Below are positions 58,310 through 64,000 of a DNA stretch of 64,000 bases, in pieces. Every line of letters begins with the position of its first letter. Positions within the stretch are counted from its first letter, which is position 1. The stretch covers positions 1 to 64,000 of the IMG/VR virus record IMGVR_UViG_3300031746_000008. One strand, 5' to 3'. This DNA is from a virus (taxonomy: Duplodnaviria > Caudoviricetes). The position numbers were made by a program, and so were the translations under genes. The notes below the pieces were generated by a model. That model did not search any database, was not told where the DNA came from, and worked only from the letters and a program-made list of their open reading frames with translations.

Positions 58310-58987
58310 ATGTTTATTAAGGGTCATATATCTGGAGTCTATAAAATAATTTGTTTACCAACAGGAAAAATTTATATAGGAAGTTCTGTAAATATATTTG
58401 ATAGATGGACCATACATAAAAGCGGATTAAGAAATAATAAACATTATAATCCACATTTGCAAAAAGCTTGGAATAAATACAAGGAAAATAATTTTAATTT
58501 TGAAATAATAGAAAAAGTAGACAATAATTTTTTAACAGAAAAAGAAAATTTCTGGATAGAAAAATTCAATAGTCGTAATAATAAATATGGTTTTAATATT
58601 GCTAAACCAGGAGATATCAGACATAGAACTAATCCTGGTATGACAGGACGATCACATAGTGAAAAATCTAAATTAAAAATGAGTTTAGCTCGGATTGGTA
58701 GGGTTGGATATAAACATACACAAGAAGATAAAATAAGATTAAGCTTAGCCTTAAAAGGAAAGAAAAGATCTAAAATAGCTATAAAAAATATGACAAAAGC
58801 ACAAAAATTAGTAGACAGAAGGGGATCAAAAAATCCAAAAGCAAAACTGGTAGATAAAAATATTCCAGAAATTAGAAAAATGAAAAAAGAAGGTCGGTCA
58901 ACAAAAGAAATAGCAAATAAGTATAATGTTAGCATAGATGCGATTTATGATATTATAAACGGTAGAAAATGGAGACATATACCATGA
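58310..58987 (+). CDS. GIY-YIG endonuclease with NUMOD3 repeats and HTH
   Basis: SGVYKI..IYIGSS; paralog of 23570 and 56019. Confidence 0.9.
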   Translation: MFIKGHISGVYKIICLPTGKIYIGSSVNIFDRWTIHKSGLRNNKHYNPHLQKAWNKYKENNFNFEIIEKVDNNFLTEKENFWIEKFNSRNNKYGFNIAKPGDIRHRTNPGMTGRSHSEKSKLKMSLARIGRVGYKHTQEDKIRLSLALKGKKRSKIAIKNMTKAQKLVDRRGSKNPKAKLVDKNIPEIRKMKKEGRSTKEIANKYNVSIDAIYDIINGRKWRHIP

Positions 58988-59346
58988 AAAAAATTGTTTT
59001 AAATTATATTGAAGAGACAGATATCAAAGAAAGAACGCCTCTTGGAATTTCTGACAAGGGAAATGTGGTCGCAACTTGCTCCATATGTAAGAGGGATTTA
59101 ATGATTTTTCAATTAACAAAAACAAACGAAGAACTTGTAGGAGAAAATAAAAATCCTATCACCACAAGAATAGCTGTTTATTGCGAAAATTGTAAAAATA
59201 TAAATAGGGTTATCTCAATCAAAGGACAATTTTATCCAGGAGCAGCAAATGATAATATTAAATTTGAAGTAGATGAAAATATTCAACATGGCGGTGGATT
59301 AAGTCCTGATTGCGATGTAATTTTTAAAGTCAATAGGAGAAAATAA
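58984..59346 (+). CDS. Hypothetical zinc-ribbon protein
   Basis: CSIC...CENC; coupled (ATGA) to the upstream gene. Confidence 0.55.
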   Translation: MKKIVLNYIEETDIKERTPLGISDKGNVVATCSICKRDLMIFQLTKTNEELVGENKNPITTRIAVYCENCKNINRVISIKGQFYPGAANDNIKFEVDENIQHGGGLSPDCDVIFKVNRRK

Positions 59347-59663
59347 TGCACGACATAAAATACATAGATAAAAATGGTACTCCACATATTGCTAAATCCG
59401 AAACCGAAGCAACATTGTCTTCAAATAAAGATGTTTTTGCTTATACGATTGGTGATATGAATTTTGTATTGATTTCAAACGATGGCGATTTATTTAATCC
59501 GTTTGATTCTTCTGCCAATAGGAATAAGAAAGATTTGGAGAAGGGTGATTTATTCTACAATCTTAGAAAATGTAATAAAACGTGTTTTGATTATTATACC
59601 ATGTTCTTAAAGACAAAAAATAGAACACATTTAACGTTAGCCCAAAGAAATTATTTAAATTAA
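59346..59663 (+). CDS. Hypothetical phage protein
   Basis: TAATG coupling; G-x-LFNP...F..Y..FL.TKN. Confidence 0.65.
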   Translation: MHDIKYIDKNGTPHIAKSETEATLSSNKDVFAYTIGDMNFVLISNDGDLFNPFDSSANRNKKDLEKGDLFYNLRKCNKTCFDYYTMFLKTKNRTHLTLAQRNYLN

Positions 59664-59678
59664 AATAAAGGAAATAAA

Positions 59679-60041
59679 ATGAAACACATAGATAAAAAAT
59701 TGTCTGACGATTTTTCAAAATTTCTCGATCAAAAACTATTTTATAAAAACGACAAACCCTTAAAACAAACCAAAAATAAGTTAGATCTTTTTAATAGATG
59801 TACGACATTATTTGAAGAATTTATAAATACGTATATTGTTTCAGATTTGTCTCTCTACGAACAATCAGAATCAACATCTTCACCTATTGTTCCAAAAGAT
59901 AACAAACCAAAAAACGCTAATGTTATAAGTATAAAAATAAAAAACCCAATAGATGGGGGGAAAGGAACTACTATTATGACGGCATCAGAATCCATGAAGG
60001 CTGATAGTGAAAGGTACTCCGGAGTAAAAAAGAATGAATAA
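59679..60041 (+). CDS. Hypothetical protein
   Basis: AAGGA RBS; IMT-x-x-x-S-x-x-AD motif. Confidence 0.6.
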   Translation: MKHIDKKLSDDFSKFLDQKLFYKNDKPLKQTKNKLDLFNRCTTLFEEFINTYIVSDLSLYEQSESTSSPIVPKDNKPKNANVISIKIKNPIDGGKGTTIMTASESMKADSERYSGVKKNE

Positions 60042-60441
60042 TGAAGAATTGATAAGTTTTACGGTTCCAACGAATTGCAGCAAGTATTATGTTGCAACTT
60101 TATCCAATAATAAAGAAGTCTTTCAAGATGAAAGAAAAGATGGACCTCATTCGTGGTTGCGTCTCAAGCAATTTTTACAATTAAATGCAGACTTAAAAAT
60201 TATAGACTTTAAACTTATCGAAGGAAATAAAAGTTTTGATATGCCAAAATTACAAAGAGGTTATTGTTTTGGGAAGAAAATGGTAAAAATTTTTATGGGA
60301 AATACAGAAGTACAAGGAACTTGTGTCGGGTATTTTGATGGTATAAATGCGACCCTCTTCTGGGTTTCAGAGGACGGCGAAAATGTCGGGAAAGAAATTA
60401 GAAGCAAAGACAAGTGTGGATTCTTTCTTATCGAGAATTAA
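60034..60441 (+). CDS. Hypothetical protein
   Basis: Overlaps upstream gene; LSN...QD...SW.RLK. Confidence 0.6.
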   Translation: MNNEELISFTVPTNCSKYYVATLSNNKEVFQDERKDGPHSWLRLKQFLQLNADLKIIDFKLIEGNKSFDMPKLQRGYCFGKKMVKIFMGNTEVQGTCVGYFDGINATLFWVSEDGENVGKEIRSKDKCGFFLIEN

Positions 60442-60891
60442 ATGGAAAAGTCATTCGATTCACCAACAACCCCAGGTCTTCCTATAGATTTTCGTAATTA
60501 CGTCGTAGAATTAGTGTGTTTAAATATGGATAAGAAACTCGGTCCTCGATTCTGGAAATCCAATAATTATTGGGCCAAAAAATATCCGAGAGAAATTAAA
60601 GGCATAAGCAACTTAAGTAAATTAACAGATTTTAATAATCCTTTAATTCAAAAATTATTAATTGGTATTATTAAAGATGGTTGGATTAAATCTCTTTCGG
60701 CTAAAAAGACTTTAAATACAATAATTAAAAAATTAGATATATTATATAAAAAAGAAATAGAGAAAAGAAAAGATGAAAAAATAGTTATAAGTATCTTTTC
60801 TCCAGAAGAAAATGCAAGATATGTAGATACTGGGACAAAAAATAAATTGTCAATTTTAAAGGATATTGAAAATAGTGGCAAAGAAATCTAA
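60442..60891 (+). CDS. Hypothetical protein upstream of recA
   Basis: Abuts neighbours. Confidence 0.6.
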   Translation: MEKSFDSPTTPGLPIDFRNYVVELVCLNMDKKLGPRFWKSNNYWAKKYPREIKGISNLSKLTDFNNPLIQKLLIGIIKDGWIKSLSAKKTLNTIIKKLDILYKKEIEKRKDEKIVISIFSPEENARYVDTGTKNKLSILKDIENSGKEI

Positions 60892-61921
60892 AGAAAAGGT
60901 TGTTGATGAAAGTTTTGATAAATTTCTTGAAAGAACTTATGGAGAGGGAATTATTAGGACGGCAGATAAAGTAATAGACCGAAAGAGAGATGTTTTAAAA
61001 ACAGCATCAATTTCCCTGGACATTAGTTTAAATGGAGGAATTCCCGATGGCGCTACTTGTCTTATTAGCGGAAAGAGCAAGGTTGGCAAAACTTCAATTT
61101 GTTTAGAAATCTTAAAGAATGCCATAGACGACAATAGACCCGCATTTTATTTTGATATCGAGCGCAGAGCATCTGCGAGTCTTATTGGAACCATCCAAGG
61201 GCTAGATACTAGTAAACTTCAAATAATTAAATCCACTCTCGATCACAATTTAAGCGCCGAGGAATGGTTAAGAGTAATCGAATCTACAATAAAGGAAAAT
61301 AAAAAAGCAGTCATGGTTATAGACAGCATAGCAGCACTTTCCACGATGGCGGAGCAGGCGGAAATGATTGGAGACAATAGGGATATGGCTGGAGTTCCGA
61401 AGCTCTTGGCGGGATTTTTTAGAAAAGTACAACCCGTAGCAGACGACAATGACGTAATATTATTATTTATTTCCCAACTTCAAACGAATCGGGAAGTTAA
61501 TGGTAAAAAATTTATTGAGAAAGGGGGTCTCGCAATATCTTACGCTTGTAGCGTATGGTTAAATGCAAACTGGGCTAAACAATGGGACAAAGATCCAGAC
61601 ACAAATGCTCCAGCAGGACATGATGTGATGGTAACAGTGGTGTGTTCTGCATTAGGTAAACCTTTTCTTCCTTGTGCTGTTCCCTTGCGATTTGGTGAAG
61701 GTGTTGATAGAATAAAAGATATCTTAATTAACGCAGAAAATCTTGGTCTCATAGAAAAGAGCGGTAGTTGGTATATAATCTCCAGCATCTTAGATAAAGA
61801 CAATAATCCTCTTAAGTTGCAGGGACTTGAGAAAGTTCGTGAATATTTTAAAAATAATCCTCAATACATAGAAAAATTTGATAAAGAAATTCGTGAAATA
61901 TTATTGCCAGGAATAAAATAA
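60875..61921 (+). CDS. recA: RecA/UvsX-like recombinase
   Basis: SLD..L.GGIP.G, GKSKVGKT Walker A, FDIE, VIDSIAAL, ISQL, GG.A..Y, I.KSGSWY; start uncertain (60866 or 60875). Confidence 0.92.
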   Translation: MAKKSKEKVVDESFDKFLERTYGEGIIRTADKVIDRKRDVLKTASISLDISLNGGIPDGATCLISGKSKVGKTSICLEILKNAIDDNRPAFYFDIERRASASLIGTIQGLDTSKLQIIKSTLDHNLSAEEWLRVIESTIKENKKAVMVIDSIAALSTMAEQAEMIGDNRDMAGVPKLLAGFFRKVQPVADDNDVILLFISQLQTNREVNGKKFIEKGGLAISYACSVWLNANWAKQWDKDPDTNAPAGHDVMVTVVCSALGKPFLPCAVPLRFGEGVDRIKDILINAENLGLIEKSGSWYIISSILDKDNNPLKLQGLEKVREYFKNNPQYIEKFDKEIREILLPGIK

Positions 61922-62760
61922 TGAGAAGATTCATTGATCTGATAGGACAAAAATTTAATGAATTGATACCGATTAGATATATGGGCAACAATAAATGGGG
62001 AAATGCTTTATGGTTGTGTCGATGTGATTGTGGTAAAGAAAAGATAATATTAGGATCAGATATCAAAAGAGGTCGTAGTAAAAATTGTGGATGTTCAAAA
62101 TTAAAACATTGCCACGCTAGAAGTAAAAAAATATCAAAAACATACAAATCGTGGGATGGTATGATCCAAAGATGTACCAATCCAAAAAATGCAAGTTATG
62201 AAAATTATGGTGGCCGTGGTATAACTATCTGCGATCGCTGGTTGGAATCAAATGGCAAAGGATTTATTAATTTTCTTGCGGACATGGGAGAAAGACCAGA
62301 AGGTAAATCTCTTGACAGAAGAGATAATAATAAATTAATATGTGGATATTCACCAGGAAATTGCAAATGGTCAACAAAGAAAGAACAAGCAAATAATAGG
62401 AGAAGTAATCTTGATAAAAAATCCTTGCTTATCCGAAAATATAAATGTATATTAATGAGCGTTTTAAATAATTTAAAATCAAAAAGAATTAATTTTTCTA
62501 AACATCTTCCATATGGCTCTAGAGAACTCTGCGAACATTTAAATAATATACTAAAAGTACAAAACAATTGTTGTCCAATGTGCAATAAATCTTACAATGA
62601 TATTAAATTTGATATAGATCATATTATCCCAACTTCGTCAGCGAAAACTAAAGAAGACCTATTAAAACTTTTCGATTTAAATAATCTATCTTTGTTATGT
62701 TTTTATTGTAATAGATATGTTAAAAGAAATAAAATAAAAGGAAAAATAAATGAAAAATAA
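61921..62760 (+). CDS. HNH family A protein fused to a second, His-containing HNH domain
   Basis: Family A motifs, then CPMC...DIDHIIP...NL..LC..CN...K. Confidence 0.8.
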   Translation: MRRFIDLIGQKFNELIPIRYMGNNKWGNALWLCRCDCGKEKIILGSDIKRGRSKNCGCSKLKHCHARSKKISKTYKSWDGMIQRCTNPKNASYENYGGRGITICDRWLESNGKGFINFLADMGERPEGKSLDRRDNNKLICGYSPGNCKWSTKKEQANNRRSNLDKKSLLIRKYKCILMSVLNNLKSKRINFSKHLPYGSRELCEHLNNILKVQNNCCPMCNKSYNDIKFDIDHIIPTSSAKTKEDLLKLFDLNNLSLLCFYCNRYVKRNKIKGKINEK

Positions 62761-62950
62761 ATTAACATTAATAATTTTAATAACATCTGTATTATTCGGA
62801 TGCGAAATTAGGCCAGGAATTTATGTCGAGCCTCGTCCCGTTGTGGTAGTTCACGAGGAACCTCCAACAGAAGTTGTAATAATTCAAGGCCATCCCGTAA
62901 GACGTGTTATCGTTGCTCCTCGTCCAATTATTATTCATAGACACAGATAG
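62750..62950 (+). CDS. Small Pro/Val-rich putative lipoprotein
   Basis: MKNK-hydrophobic-LFG-C; AAGGA RBS. Confidence 0.55.
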   Translation: MKNKLTLIILITSVLFGCEIRPGIYVEPRPVVVVHEEPPTEVVIIQGHPVRRVIVAPRPIIIHRHR

Positions 62951-62956
62951 TGTTTA

Positions 62957-63313
62957 ATGTTAATTCAACTTTTAAATGGAGCAGAAGAGAAAATAAATTT
63001 AAAAAAATACTTATTAAGAGAGACATACCAAAAATCAAAATTTCAAACAAGAGTTAAGGAACAATTAAAGAAAGAATACCCCTCTGATAATATTTATGAA
63101 GAGGTATATATCAAGGGTGAAAAGTTCTATCTTGATTTTTTTATTCCTTCTCGTGGGCTTGTGGTAGAGGTTCAAGGAAGACAGCACGAACTTCATATTA
63201 AATTTTTCCATAAAACAAAAATAGATTTTAACAATCAAAAAAATCGTGATGAGCGTAAAATAGCATGGTGTTTGCTTAATCACTTGAAATTGATTGAAGT
63301 ATATGACAAATAA
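62957..63313 (+). CDS. Vsr/DUF559-like endonuclease
   Basis: EE....LDFF...VEVQG.QH...RD..K..WC. Confidence 0.75.
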   Translation: MLIQLLNGAEEKINLKKYLLRETYQKSKFQTRVKEQLKKEYPSDNIYEEVYIKGEKFYLDFFIPSRGLVVEVQGRQHELHIKFFHKTKIDFNNQKNRDERKIAWCLLNHLKLIEVYDK

Positions 63314-63722
63314 TTTTGACGAAGAATATAAAAAATACAGTGACGATCTTACGGCATGGGAAAAATCTTTGTGTCTTTCCTTTAAAGAATCTAATAGATC
63401 AGAGATTGAAAAGATACTCGAATTATCAATAGAAGAAATTAGATTAGAAACAACAATGAGACTTTGTGAATATTCATTCATGCTTTCACAATATTTAATT
63501 TTTCTTCAAAAAAAGAGCAACGAAGCAGAAGGATATTTAAAATGGTCCAAGAATGTTACGAACAAACTTTTTAATGAAGATAAAGCTAAGTGCGGCAGAA
63601 TTCAACAGAAGGTGGATCTAAGATTGTCGAGAATAATTTATTTGTCTCGCCGAATTGAGTTTTATGCACAAAATATGCAAAATATAATTCGTCAACGTAA
63701 TTTGGAGATAAAAAATGGATAG
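63303..63722 (+). CDS. Helical hypothetical protein (possible recombination mediator)
   Basis: Coiled-coil-like ORF near recA; function inferred from position only. Confidence 0.45.
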   Translation: MTNNFDEEYKKYSDDLTAWEKSLCLSFKESNRSEIEKILELSIEEIRLETTMRLCEYSFMLSQYLIFLQKKSNEAEGYLKWSKNVTNKLFNEDKAKCGRIQQKVDLRLSRIIYLSRRIEFYAQNMQNIIRQRNLEIKNG

Positions 63723-64000
63723 TCCCATACAACTTATTAAAAATGGAATCATCGCTAATAATTGGTCTTTAGTTTGCCAGGGGTATGAGGAGATCACTGG
63801 AGAATTAATTAAAGCAAATGAAATAATTGAATCACCCAATGAATTAATAGAAGAGATAGAACAAATAATTAACAAACACAAAAAAATAATTACACCGAAT
63901 CCAGATGGACAAACATATGAAAGAAATCCCCCAGAACCAAAAAATCGCCGTCAAGACCCACCACCAATTAAAAAAACAGTTACAGTTGGCCCCTTTGTTA

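Noticed and set aside
864-63881. Many 60-160 aa ORFs antisense to or nested in assigned genes (e.g. 2035-2286, 4049-4363, 50176-50616, 56162-56635, 58444-58935)
   Set aside because: Shadow ORFs of real genes; no RBS or motifs, and recurrent HPQL strings are just the antisense of SCGC codons
1-64000. CRISPR array, tRNA or rRNA genes
   Set aside because: No regularly spaced direct repeats or cloverleaf/T-loop signatures seen by eye; the repeated DNA belongs to paralogous endonuclease genes. A tRNAscan/CRISPR search would be needed to exclude them fully.
1-64000. Alternative genetic code (stop-codon reassignment, as in some large phages)
   Set aside because: Long conserved genes are uninterrupted in code 11, and TAA, TGA and TAG all occur at plausible gene ends

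Overview
AT-rich, gene-dense window with almost all genes on the + strand. It reads as the early/middle (replication, nucleotide metabolism, host take-over) region of a very large dsDNA phage or phage-like element; no virion structural genes, rRNA, tRNA or CRISPR array were seen. Main hit: a complete ubiquitin-like conjugation cascade at 163-5769 (Ubl, E2 with a 17xCxxC zinc tail, JAB/JAMM peptidase, E1), interrupted by endonuclease genes. A dispersed Ycf46-like AAA / DUF3150 / DUF1257 / DUF2997 module resembles, from memory, the partners of such cassettes in Planctomycetota elements. Also present: GMP reductase/IMPDH-family enzyme, ThyX and class II RNR (each with an intein), dCMP deaminase, DNA ligase, two RNA ligases with kinase and phosphoesterase (RNA repair), orphan BrxL-like ATPase, putative histone-fold protein, ClpP, sigma factor, RNase HI, RecA, over 20 free-standing homing-endonuclease-like genes, and two IS200/IS605-family TnpB elements whose ends and empty sites can be rebuilt by eye. 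All family assignments come from motif recognition, not database searches.
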